NCBI GenBank assembly: GCA_963920595.1
Contig: OY986946.1
Span: 6,448,001-6,512,000, forward strand
Origin: Eimeria praecox
Taxonomy: Eukaryota
DNA: 64,000 nt
Direction: 5' to 3'
Shown here in pieces: positions 13,059 to 25,600 of the stretch. The stretch's first letter is position 1. Each line of letters starts with the position of its first letter. The notes beneath the pieces were generated by a model. That model saw nothing but the letters and a program-made list of their open reading frames with translations, searched no databases and was not told where the DNA came from. Both the position numbers and the translations under genes were made by a program.

Positions 13059-16000
13059 ATGGAAGGAATAGACTCCCTTCAAGTAAGCACAGATGAAGGC
13101 TCTACTTCGTCGAGCAAGACCGCTGAAGGGTTGATGACTGACGGAGCGAGGAGCGAGGGCGGTCAGAGATTGATGGGCATGCTCCTTGAGTCTCCTGTTG
13201 CTCCCACGGAGTCGTCTGTGGAAGAAGGCCAGTTTGAACCAGTCTCTCCACCCTCCCCACCCACACCCCGAAATCCCCTAGCGGCTCTTGCTGTTTACGT
13301 CGATGTTAACTTCCCCTCTGCCTTTCAAATGCTCCGAACAGCTGCTTCAGCTACAATGGAGGAGGCAAAAGCCATCCTTTTCTCTGGCAGCAACGGGAGA
13401 TTCAGCATTACGAGAAGGCTGCATCAGAGACTTGAAGAGCTGTGGACTCGACCCTGTAGGCACCTCATGAATGCGAACTTTGATAATGTCCGTCTGCTGC
13501 TTGGCAGCTTACAGCATAAGGTTCGCCGTTGCAAACTGGGCACACCCACCCTGGCGAACCCAACCGGTGAAGAGCTCACCATCAGCCGCATTGAGGAAGC
13601 TGCAACAGATTTGCACCCGAATGCGGAGGGATCCAGCCAGTCTGAGTTATCAGCGAATCTGATGGATTGCCTCTCGTCAGACAATGACGCGTTTTCTGCG
13701 GACTCCTTGCCTACGGCGTGGCGTCCTGTTCGCAGACATGACGGAACGTTCATAGCACCACCTTTGGAGCTCTTAGCTGCCTTTGCGGACCCAAGAAGCA
13801 GGAGTATAACCCATCGTAATCGATGTTCCTTCACTCCTGAATGTTTGGAGCTCTGGAGCTCCACACAGAAGACCGCCTCGGACAGCACCGTAGCGTGCGT
13901 CGTGGGTCTGTGCGTGCGCAGCTTACTGGACCTGTACATTCAGGCTATACGTTCACTGCAGCCTGCTTTGTTGCCGAAGGGCTCTGTGGTTCTCGTTTCA
14001 GCTGTTAACGTGCCAATGATGTTCAGGGTGTTAGAGGAGCACCACTTAATCGTACAGCCACTGGATCTCGACCCCCACACGTTGATGCCCACCGAGCAAA
14101 GCTTGCAGCAGGGAATGCAATTCTGGGGCTCTAGAGTTAAAGCAGTTCTCTGCTCTCACCTTTATGGAGGCCTCTGCGACATACAGCCTCTGGTGGATTT
14201 CAGCGCAAAGCACAAACTTCTGCTCATCGAGGATTGCGCAGAGTCGTTCGTCGGGGAGCTCTACAGAGGTCGGTGGCAAGTGCATTGCCGTTGGCGTTTT
14301 CGTTGGTGCCAGTGCTCGGTACGGTGCTGGCGTTCCCGGTTGCAGTGGGCTGCTGCATTGTGTTTCCTCCTGTCTCCGCATTTTTAGGCCACCCTTGGGC
14401 TGACGTCAGCCTTTTCTCCTTTGGGCTGATCAAGACATGCACTGCTGCTGGTGGAGGCATTGCAACTGTGAGTTTTCTAGCCCTTTTATTAGCCCTAGGG
14501 GCTAGTAAAAGAGACTGGGTGTATAGTGCAGTATTATGTTGCTCCCATATCCCTTTCACTTCTTCGAGAAGGCCGTTATAGACCAGTAACGCAACCGCCT
14601 GGCTTCCTGTTGTGGGGTTTCTAAATTGGCATGCCTTGTAGGTGCGTAGCCGGTTTGTCGCTGAGCGCATGCGCTCTTTACAAGCTTTATACCCATATAG
14701 TAGCCGTCGAACATTCTTCAAGAAGCTTTGCGTTACGTTAGGGGCATGTGGATTGCAAAGTGAAGTAGTTATGAAGACCCTCTTGAGATTTTGCTCGTAA
14801 GATTGCACCACACGCATCGGAATGCTTTGCACTTAAAGCTGTTTTGTGACGGCTTTTCCTCCATTTCTTCCGTAAAGGAGACCTTCAGCTGTTATGATGC
14901 TTACTGCTATTCGCCGACGGCCTCTTCGTTTCTGTGCTTGTGGCGTGTTGATAGCGTGCTAGGGTGGAATCCAGGAACATTCCTTCAGTCATTTGTAAGC
15001 TTCCCCATGTTTGGCACCAGGAAGGCTGGATATTAGAGCAGCATTTCAGCGTGAAGGAGAGCCTTTTTAATACTGCATAAGCAGCGCTGTAGCTTCTGTG
15101 TAATCTCGTTGCCTTCTGAATGCTGTGCGTTATGCAGGTGCGGGGCTTTCCATCTACAGGGGAGCTTTTCAAGCTTTTGCGGTTCCAGCCAAACTCTTCA
15201 CTGCTTGCAGTGATCCTGTACGCATATAGACCATCAGTGCATTTCAGAGTCCGTAGGTAAATTTGATTCTGTTTTACTAGGAATATGAGGCTTCACAACA
15301 ACGTATCCTGGTTTGTGAGTGTGGGAAACCTCAGGAAGAGGCTGGACTCGTGGAATTTAAAGGAATTCATTGAACAGCAGCTACGCACGACGAGATTTGC
15401 TCGGAGGCTTCAGTACTTAGGTTTTCATATCCCAGGATGTGATGCGGCATTCAAGACCTTCTGGTGAGGTGTCGCAAAAGCGCTTTATGGTTTTGTTGCC
15501 TTGGCGTCACTTCACACTTGCATTTCATGCTGGGCAACCACATAAGGGTGGCATCGCACCGTTCGTCAGTTATTTTGCACCTCCTCATGCTTTGGAACTT
15601 AAACGTTCTGCATATATAGCATACAATTGAAACTAAATAGCGTACATCAGTGAAAGCTATCAAAAGGATTAATGGCAAAGTTGTAGACGGCCATATATTG
15701 TTTATTGTTCTTGCTTCATCGGGCCTTCAGCTTCTAGGGTTGTTGCACTTATGCCCTGCAGACAAAAGAGCTTTGCATTGTGCCCGTAGGCTATTTCCAG
15801 TTCTCACACCACACGGCTGGACTGCTTCTGAGTTCGAGGCTGTTCTACGGGAAAACGGCTTGTTCGCGGCAAGCGATGCCACAACGCTTGTCTGCTGCAC
15901 TTCACTGCCATGCAATGCAAGTGGTGCTGGGTATCCAAAGACAGCTGCTGAAGTAATGCGCCGCATTGTATACTTGCCAGTAAACCGCAATTCTACACAG

Positions 16001-16072
16001 CAGCAGCTTCTACAGGTTGAGGCAGCAGTGGCAAGGGCTTCTGGATGTGAACCAAGCATGCTTATGCAGTGA
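13059..16072 (+). CDS. PLP-dependent aminotransferase, DegT/DnrJ/EryC1/StrS family, with a long N-terminal extension; multi-exon
   Basis: Exon 1 13059-14268 encodes LCVRSLLDL, KGSVVLVSAVN, VKAVLCSHLYG and LLIEDCAESF (PLP Asp). Exon 2 14388-14467 encodes ADVSLFSFGLIKTCTAAGGGIA (Schiff-base Lys). Later exons give MRSLQALYP, VRGFP..L.KLLR.QP, W|LFPVL and VMRRIVYLP; stop at 16072. Confidence 0.85.
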
Positions 16073-16661
16073 GGGGTGCGTCTGTGGTTGCTTGGACACG
16101 GTAAAATACAAAACGCAAAACGCGTTGAGATGTGAGGACCTAGCTGCAAGAAGCCCAATGCCTCACTAGGTTAATATCACTTCTTAGAACATGACAGGAA
16201 CTGCAATTTTCTCATGCTTATTTCTTATGCTTCTGATTTTATCGCTGAGTACAGCGGTGCATCTGTTGCGAAATCTAGTTGAAAGGATGTGTGGCAAAGA
16301 GCAGTGCAGCTCGTATCCACGCATGTGATGCTTAACGTAGAGCCAGTCGTCTGGGGCGGGGCTCTTGATCCAGTAGTAAAGATATTTGTTAGAGATATTT
16401 TCAAAAGGATATGGCGGTTTAAAACACTTCCCCATGAACATTACTGGCCAATATGCCAGCCATTTAGCTCGTTCAAACTTCTCTTTGTTGGCAGTTCGTC
16501 CACCAGGACACTTTTCTGGGGGTGAAAGTAGGACTGGGCTATGCCGCTGGAGACATTGCTACATATATTTGCCGCCTTGTCTCTGCAGTCGACTAGCTTC
16601 GGTGGTACCAGTGCTCCAAATGCGAACAGCGGCGCTTCTATTAGCACATGTGTAACAGCCC

Positions 16662-19600
16662 CTAGGGTTGTTCGCAATTCCGAGTAGCGTAGCACTGGCC
16701 TGTCTCGCATAGCAGTGCAACACTGCGTTGAACCCACTTTTCGGGGTCTTCATCTGTAAAGCCACACACGGAAGCAGCTGAGGCTACATTGTGACCGCCA
16801 CAGTTTGTAAACAGCTTTAAGAAAGAAGCAGAGAAGGGCATCTGAGCGACTCCTTGATGCCAAACCTGTAGGTAGATCCAAGAACGTGACAGCATCTGCA
16901 CAGGCCGCCCTGTCGACCGTTCTGTACACGGGGCACCTGTTTTTCGCACAGAAAGGTGGGGACTGCAGCATCATTGAAAAATCCCGGCCCACTTGTTGGA
17001 GCATCTCTTATCAGTGAGGGGCAAAGGTTGCAATTATTAAATAGAGACTGCACTTACTTGTATCTCTTCTCCTGTTCCACATCGGGTAGCCTAGGGACCA
17101 AGTGAATTGGTGGCATCTGCTGGCACATTTCATGCGGATTCGCGTCACGAAGCAGTCGATCTTCGGCGGACCAAGCAGCCCCCTGCATGGACAAAGTGGG
17201 CATTTCATTGTGCATTCAGTGCATCTGTGAACAAAGGGAAACTGCTGGTCTTTCTGGCAGAAAGAGACCGGATACTGAGAGCCGGTATTCTCATGCTGCT
17301 TGCCTGGAGGGAAAGGCCACTAATGAAAATTTTCACATCTTCAGGATTGTGTGAGTCAGCTTCGTTATCGTTGTCGGTGAAGTCGGCAGACAACGAGAGA
17401 CTGGACGGGGGCTCCTGAAATGACCCACATTTTGGTGCGTATTCTTTTGCTTAGGGTTCCTTAAGTTGTTGGGGTTTTGATATTGATTTAGCCTCCCTCG
17501 TAGTCTCATGAATATGCATAACTACGTGAGGAAAAGTGGGTGTTGGCTACTGACGCCCTGGAGAAAACAAGGTGAAACTGGTACAGGTACCACAGACGGC
17601 CTTTATGGAATACTGTAAGCTTGATTTTATCATTTTGTACCTTCAATGCACGAGCGACGACTCGCAAGGCCGCCTTGAAAAAGCTCTGCGGATTGTAAAA
17701 TACTGCTATATTGAAGACATTGGGTGGGCCATGTTTTGCCCATTGCCTCGTGCTGGTGATACGCGTTCCAAGGTCATGAAGCCATGCTCCGAGGCTGAGT
17801 TTGGAAGGATAGGATGCAGCAATCCAGGCAGTGGGGACCTTCTGGAAGTACAAATCCTTGCTGAGATTATCCAAGTCCTCAGTCATTACACACCAGCCCC
17901 GTAGTGCCTGCAATGATATGTCACTTAGGCACGTACCTACTAACTAAACCATCCATCCCGCGTGCACAGGTGGAATGACAAAGTAACCCTCCGATTTTTT
18001 TTGGCCCCCTTTTTGCTGGCATTAAACGAAAGGACGGTATGTAATTGGCCTGGTTGTATCGTGATCGTGCTTTTCTTTAATGGGACTCTGTACGCGAACA
18101 TACCTCGAGAAGTCGGGTAAGCGACATCCGGATAAATTCGAGAAGCGCATTGTAACTGCAAAGCTCTCCCTTTAGGAAGTTACTCAGGGGCGTTAGCTCA
18201 CAGAGTCCTGTTTGTGAGTTTTCGTAAAGCTGAAACACCTCCCTGCTACCATCTTCGGTAGAAATATTCTCAGGCACTTTGCTTAGTACATCTGAAATCA
18301 TGCTTATGAGGCTTTCATCTCTGCTGCCCCCTGCGTGCGTTTGCATTTCCCTGTGGGCGCTGACGAGGGAGTCTAGGAGGTGGCTGCTTTGCATTTCCTT
18401 GTATCTGAGGCATAGAAGCAACTCATATTGCTGTGTGACTGAGAAAGAGAGCGACTATTACTATTACCAGAATTTGAAAAGGTGCGTCTGAATCTTTATG
18501 CTTTAACTTCATTGCTGACGTACACCACCGCAGCTCCAGAATCGAGGCCCAGTATCTCAGGAGCCGTATCAACGGGCAAACACATGGCAAATTCCGTTAT
18601 ATCTTCGTAACAGTAGTCTGATGGAAGGACATATCCTCTCAACACTGGGTCTGCGGCTTGGGACTCAAGTTCCGTTGCAGCAAAGCAGCGCTTTAATAGT
18701 GACGTGAGCAGTCTTTGGTCCATTTGATCCGTCACACGGCCTCCGTAGTGGATATCAGCTGTCAAAAAGACAATTCTATCCCACGACATCCTTTCTTCGT
18801 CAGCAGATGCAGCCTCGAACAGGCTTTGCTGGGAAACCTGGGGCACCATATGATCAGAGGAACTGTGGCCCTCAGCCAATAAGTTTCTAGCACAGCCAGA
18901 AAAAAGGCGGCTCTCCTTACTGCTAGAAACAGGCTGAAAGGTGAGCTAAATATCCAATGCAAGTGTCCCGCTGTTTGTACCCGGAAGTCGAAAATTGTCC
19001 ATTCGTAAGCCTTATTCCACCCGAGCGCTCCAAATTTTCGTCGTTCCGAAATAATGGAGTGGAAAAGTGCAAGGGAGAAAAGCCAGCGCTTGTAGTTGGG
19101 ACACTCTGCTATGTCTTCTGCCCCACGGTTCTCTAGGTCGCTGAAGGTTTGCAGGATATTGTCCCGAAGACCCTGCATGCAGCAAGCAGTGGGTACGATT
19201 ACCAATTTACAACTGTAGTGTAACATCAACAGCGGTAGGTTACACTGCCCAAGAACATGGCTTTCGGCTTCGTTTAAACCGTCCATAGACTACGTCATCA
19301 ATAGCGTCAGCGATCAAAGTGAGCATACAGTCGGGGGCTCAGTGATGATTTTGATGCTTTGCTTGAGTAAACTGGTTGGAAGGATGTTGGTAGGCTGTGA
19401 TGTCATGAATAGGCGGAACCGTGGGTGAACTTTTTCCTGTTGGAAGCGCTCATACAGCTGTTGGAGAAAAGGCATGAATGTCTCAGCCAGATGGCAATTT
19501 TGGAGGCAGACCCAATGACCCTGGTCCCTAACCACCGCAACAAGCATACCACAAGCGTGAACAGCTATTAATTACAGCAAATTCCTACTGGATTACTCAA

Positions 19601-22600
19601 TAAGTTGATCTAAACTTACCAGGCACTGCGTTAAGCGGCAACAGACCCCTTTTGTGCCTTTGCTGTCAGAAAAGAAGCCTACCTGGCTTCCTGCAGCACT
19701 TTTTCGGCTGCCTTAATCTGGCCTTGCCCGAGCGATAGAAAGTGCAGGTGGCCTTCAGGCAACGATACACGATCTGCTAGAACTTTTATTGATCCTATTG
19801 GGTCACTTCCAGGAGACAGGATGAAGATTAACGGTGTTAGTGGAGTGGACTCTTCCAATGCCTTCGATAACTCCAGCTGGGGAGGGCACGCGTATCGCGT
19901 CCCTAATACGCTTTGCACGTATGTTCGGCAACCAGAGTACAGTTCACTTCCCCTAAAAGAGCACAGCAGGTGCCAGAGAGTTTTAGGCCCCCATTTCCCC
20001 CCCAGTTACATTATCACCTTGCCAAACAACTTGAAGAAGTTCAAATGCATACTAGCTGCGCCAATATGTGCAGTCAGCAAACCTTATGGCCTTAATAGCA
20101 ACTAAAGAAGCAAAATGCCCTAGTTCTTCTCCTCCAATCTTGGGCAGCTTTGAAGGAATTTCCTCCTCGTTCTCGATTACGGTTTTCCATTCACCATCCT
20201 TATCTGCCACTGCTTCAGCAAATCCGCGAAAGCAACCACCAACGCTCGTGTCTAAGAAAACGACATTGCTCCAAATCTCTGGGCTTGCCCAAGATGGCTG
20301 AGAGGACCACAAGCCAAGAGAATGTCCAGGATCGCTTCATGTTGCAGGAATGCATTCGTTGTTGCGCACTTTGTACCAAGAAACTGTGATGCATAGAGTG
20401 TCAGGACTAATCAAGCGCTTAGAATATCATATCTGGCTGATCTCACCTTAGAGAGGCTAACTGGATCTGCATTTCCTTCTGTTGGCCCTCTCAAAAGAAA
20501 CTCAAGCATTTTCTGCGGAACGTTGCCTGCCTCAGAATCGAGAGATTTTGCGATCATGAATGCAAGGACAAGCCGATGCGGCTCTAGTAATCCCCTGCAA
20601 GTGTTGCAATATACCTCCCAAGTAAGACAGTCTTTGAGTGTTTCTCCTCGCGATTCGCCAGTATCTTGGCAGCTTAGCAAGGTCAACTGGAGTCGAGCTT
20701 TGAAGGCCTCAAGAGACCATAGGTAGAATGGGTGGAGGTGGGACATATTTCGCAAAGCAAGGTACAACAATGAACCTCGATGAGAAAGGGATTTGAAGCG
20801 TTCCCGGGTCTCCTCAAGTCTGTCAGATGTGGCAGAAGCTTCTTCCATGCGTCTTTCAATCGCCTCATATGTCAAGCGTGAGTCGTTCAGAATATCCAAG
20901 AAGGTATCATCCGCAAGTATGTCACCCTCAGCGTTGGCCAAGAGCTTTGCACGCAAAACATAAGAAAGTTCACCCAGAAGGGGTTGCTGACGACATCGGT
21001 GCTGCCGAAGTAACTGTTTTTGCATACAATTCATGTACAACTTCAGGCTAAAACTGCCTAGCGGATGGGTTTCAGTTGCAAATGTTGTGTAGATAGTCTG
21101 CTACTTTTTGCGTTACCGAAAGAATCTTTTCCTGGATTGCGGCCTTAAGCTCCAGATCCTTTGCAATGTTCACTACCAGCACACCACGCTGCTCTTCCAG
21201 ATATGGCGCTTCGTGGAGAATGATCTGGTTTAACAACTGCTCTTCAAGGCTTGCCGGCGTAACCCGAAAGTTTATGACGCTTAATTGATTGTGTAGCTCT
21301 GGGCCTAACTCTGAGGGATACAATTTCGTCGCCAAGACCATTTTGAAATGTGGGCTCCAAAGGGCGGTGTGGTCACCGAGATGAACAATTGTCCGTACTT
21401 CTGGTTTGATCTTCTGTAGGGCAGCAAACACGAAAAGGTTCCCATCACAGCGGTGTAGTGTGTTGAGATGATCAACTTGTCATTTAAGAGTTGTTTACCG
21501 TTACCAGCTTATCTGGCTGACAGCTCCGCAACTGGCCAGTGTCTACCCTCATACCACTGTATTTGCCAAGGCCCCTAGTGCAGGGTCTAGCCCCGGCTCG
21601 GAAAGAGTGACAAGAACAATCATCCCAGCTGTTACTGCTTCAGATAGGGACCGCAAGACATCAGCTTCACTCGATGAAAGTTCCATGAATTCCCTTTTGA
21701 AATGACGTTTTCTAAACCAGCGAGTACCTTGGTCCTCGGGATCAATAATCAAGGGAGGTTTGGGAGAGTTGCACACCAAAATAGCATTTTCAACTGAAGC
21801 TATGTCGGAAGGCAGTCCCTCCAGAGACCACTGCCTGATCTCTGATGGCGTTGACAAAGTACGAGCCAGAGAAAAGTCTTCGCGGACATTTAGTCCCTCT
21901 TCGAGACAAGTGCCTAACCACAGGCGACTCAGCTCTTCGCGATATTCACGAGTAAATGGCCCAGCATAAACAAGCATACCTAAGCAAAACCAAGCATCAA
22001 AGGCGCAGTTTGGTTAGGTTATCCCAGAACCTGCTTAAGTGCTCATGGTCGCTCAGCATGCATGCAATAGTTGTACTTGGTGAAAAAGCAAGCCATAGAC
22101 AGCGAAGGAAGATTAGTATCAAGTGCAGTACCTGCTGCCAGAAGGACATCACTCAAAAGGTTCGACATATCATCCTGTATGGCTTTTGCATCAACTGCCC
22201 ATCTCGCTCCTTCGACAGATACTCCAGATAAGACTTTTCCAGCCCTGGAAAGACGCTGTTCTGTGATGTGCATTTGGTTTTCCAAGTCTTTGACTCTCTC
22301 CTGGCATGCATCGTACTGGTCTGTCAGGGACTGGACCCTGAACAGACAATGCCAGCACGTGCCTCGAACAAGTGCCGCTCTCTGCATCTTAGCATGCCCT
22401 CTGCTCGTTTGCACATCTGTATGAAGAGCCTATGTCGTGCTGTTCACTTCTAGGCACTGGGATAGCTACTAACCGTGCTTGGACATCCTCTAGAGAGCGT
22501 TGCTTTTCTGCCAGATTGTCTTCCGCCTTCAGCAAAACTCCTTCTGCCTCTGTTAGTCTCTTTTGCTTAGGTTCCATCACCTTAAGCACCTAAATCAAGC

Positions 22601-25600
22601 CACATTATTGCTCGTAGAACTTAGCACCATAGGCATTTATCATTGGTGAAAATTTGGGACCTCCTAGAGCCTGAGCTCACAAGGCATCCGGCGTTGCTTA
22701 CTTGAGCATAGCTTTCTATAGCTCGCACCCACATACACAGGGAGGTTGCGGCTTTCGACACATTCGCCACCCTCTCTGGGAGGAAGTCCTCAAGAGTCGT
22801 ATATTTGCCGAGCTGCTGTAAAATCTTCGGCGAAATGTGATCCTTGTCGTACTCGCGCAGAGTTAGCAACAATGAAGTGTCATTTAGAACCTTTTTAGCT
22901 TCATCCCATGACTCCTTACGCCCCAGAAGGACGCAAACTGCATTCATGACGGTTTCAACGAGTGCTGGAGGAGCGGGAAATGACTTCAATTCCTGCAGAT
23001 CTCGCTTGTCCAAGGCTTCTAGAGCCTTGATTGCTTGGTGCAATAGTGGCATTACTTCATCTATGTCTCGTTGACAATCATCACGTATGGACTGGGCTTC
23101 TACACGGGCTGCATCGGCTGCAGCTTTCTCGACCGAACAGCTTTGCTCCATGAGTGCTGCTTTCTGGATAGTCCACACAGCAAAATTAGCAAGAGAGAAG
23201 ATATCAGCGGGCCAGACATATTGTGTGTGCAAATGCACCTTCAGGAAATCCCAAAGGCCGTCATGTCTCAGTTCACGATTCAGGGGTTCAATTCAAAACG
23301 CAGACCTCCTTATCTTCTGCCAATGAAATTGCAACGGTCTTCGCCTCTTCCCTTGACTTCTCGAGCAGAGGTTGGCCTGCCAGCAGCTTTGCTTTCATGT
23401 TCTCAACAGCGGTAGATGTTTCCTCCAGCTTGCAGATTCCCGAGGAATATTTGTGAAGGCGGTCATCTGCATGCATTCGCGAACGTCCCAGCTCGTGCAT
23501 TTCCGTGAACGTGTTTTCAGCATCCAGCATCGTTCAATCAGTGGAAGAACAGGCTGGCAACTGCACCCACCTAAGCTCTGTTTCTTTTGCGCAAAAAGCG
23601 ATAGGTATGTTCGAACAACCTCCACGTACGACGTGCATGTCAAGTGGATAGGCTCTCCAGTAACAGCGACAAACTTCTCTGTTACTCTTTCAAGAAGCGA
23701 GTACATCTCCGCTGATGCGCTTAAAGCACCAACCACAAGGTGAACCGTCTGTAGTCTCAATAAGCTATCCGGTTCATGCAAACCATTCGTCTAAGGCGTT
23801 GCACCCTCGAGCAATTTCTGTCTGCAGCAGATCATTTGTGTTCGCCAGGCAGCTACGGTTTGTCATGTACCTTGATAGCACGCGGGCTTCATCAGTGCTA
23901 ATGAGGGGAGATTTCGCCAAAATTTTCGTGCCTATTGCATGCAAGGCTGATCGTGGCCATGGGTCGTAGAAGTTGAGCGTACACCCACTCAACAAACCGG
24001 GCAGGCGACGGCATCTTGCTCTGCAAATACACTATCCAAGAGTTCCAGCGTAAGTGAATATTCTTTATGAAATGCCTAGTGATATCTATATATTATGCTG
24101 TGCTCCTTTTGCTCTTTGCAGACTCGCGAATGGCTTCGATTGGGTAAATTATCTTTATCCACGTTGAGGTAAGGCGTTGTTGACACTATTTCCGGCCGTG
24201 GGGATTCGCACAAATGTTGTTGCTATAGAAAAACAGCTTACCTAAACACTTCGCCTGAAGCGGACATGCTTAACACGAAGTGCAATTTCCGTTGTACCAA
24301 TGATACTACTGCTTCCCAACCATCAGCTGGGTTGGCGGATTCCGGCTTTTCTGGGGATCTCACTTGAAATGAAAGCTTTTCTCTATCCGACTGGTCAAAC
24401 AGTCCAAGGATCTCTCCTGCAATATGCACAAGCGCCAAGGAGGAATTAAAATGTTGCGGCGCATTAGCTAAGAGAGAAGGGTGGGAATAGGGAATCTCAG
24501 AGTATAAAGTTGCAGAAACCCTAGATGGAGCAGCTAACCTGTTGCAATGATGCTTGTTATGTCCTGAAGCCATTCTTCGTGCTTAATTTTATATTCTGAA
24601 ACACGGAAGACCAAGTCCTTTCTGTCTGCGCAGATTTTCAGGATCAGATCCCGGAGATCTTCTCGTACGTCATTAGGGCCCCACCGAGACCTAGTTGAAA
24701 TTGTAATAGTGCTGTATTCCATGATTGAAGCAGCAAGGCGAGACAAACTTTCGCGCCCTGCCAAGACACAATAAGGAAATTAGGTTCACATGGCTTTGCT
24801 CCTTTACGCAAGAAACGGTACAAGATCACCACCCATTTTCCATTCACTAGACATGCATGCCTTTCCCCGCACCAAGTAGTAATCGAAAGACAATTATTAG
24901 TATACTTAAGCAGCACTATGGGGTGCATGGCTGACCGGAACCGTTTGTACCGAGCAGGAGTGCATGCCCCCCTGGTACCCGGAGTATTCTACAAAGCCGA
25001 GCTATGTGCTTATTGGCATGCTCGAAGAACACCAGGTCAATGGGTGTCTTTGCGTCCGCATTGTATTGCTCGAGGTACCTGTTGGAACAGAATTCTCCTC
25101 AAATGGGACGCTTTGCTCTGAAAAATCCTAAGTGATGCTGGGCTACATCGTGCTGCTCGCTTTGTGATCATATTTGCTTGGCCATACAGCATCGCTGGCG
25201 AGGAAGATGGAAAAGCGCTAAAAGGTGGCCAGCGAACATGCTTTACCTAGTGAGCACTTCATTCATTTCTTCCTCTGAAGCCAGAATTTCCGAGTAACTT
25301 TTGCTGGAGTCCATCTGGGCAAAGTCGCCGAACATAATTTGAGAACACACGCAGTCTGCCAACTCATCTTTTAACTCCAGAGTAGCTGAAATTTGTTTGA
25401 CTAGCATTCGCTCTGTCCACTTTCGGTCTTCTATTGAAACCAGTCGATCTCCAAATTGCCTCTGCATTTCGTGCAGCCAAAGCCTACTCACGGCACCAAC
25501 CCAAGAAAAGAGACATTCCAAGTGATTTCCAGTATTCTAGAAAACACTTAGTGGCGAGTACATCTTGGGTGGATCGTACCGGGCAATGTCCGTCTTGGTT

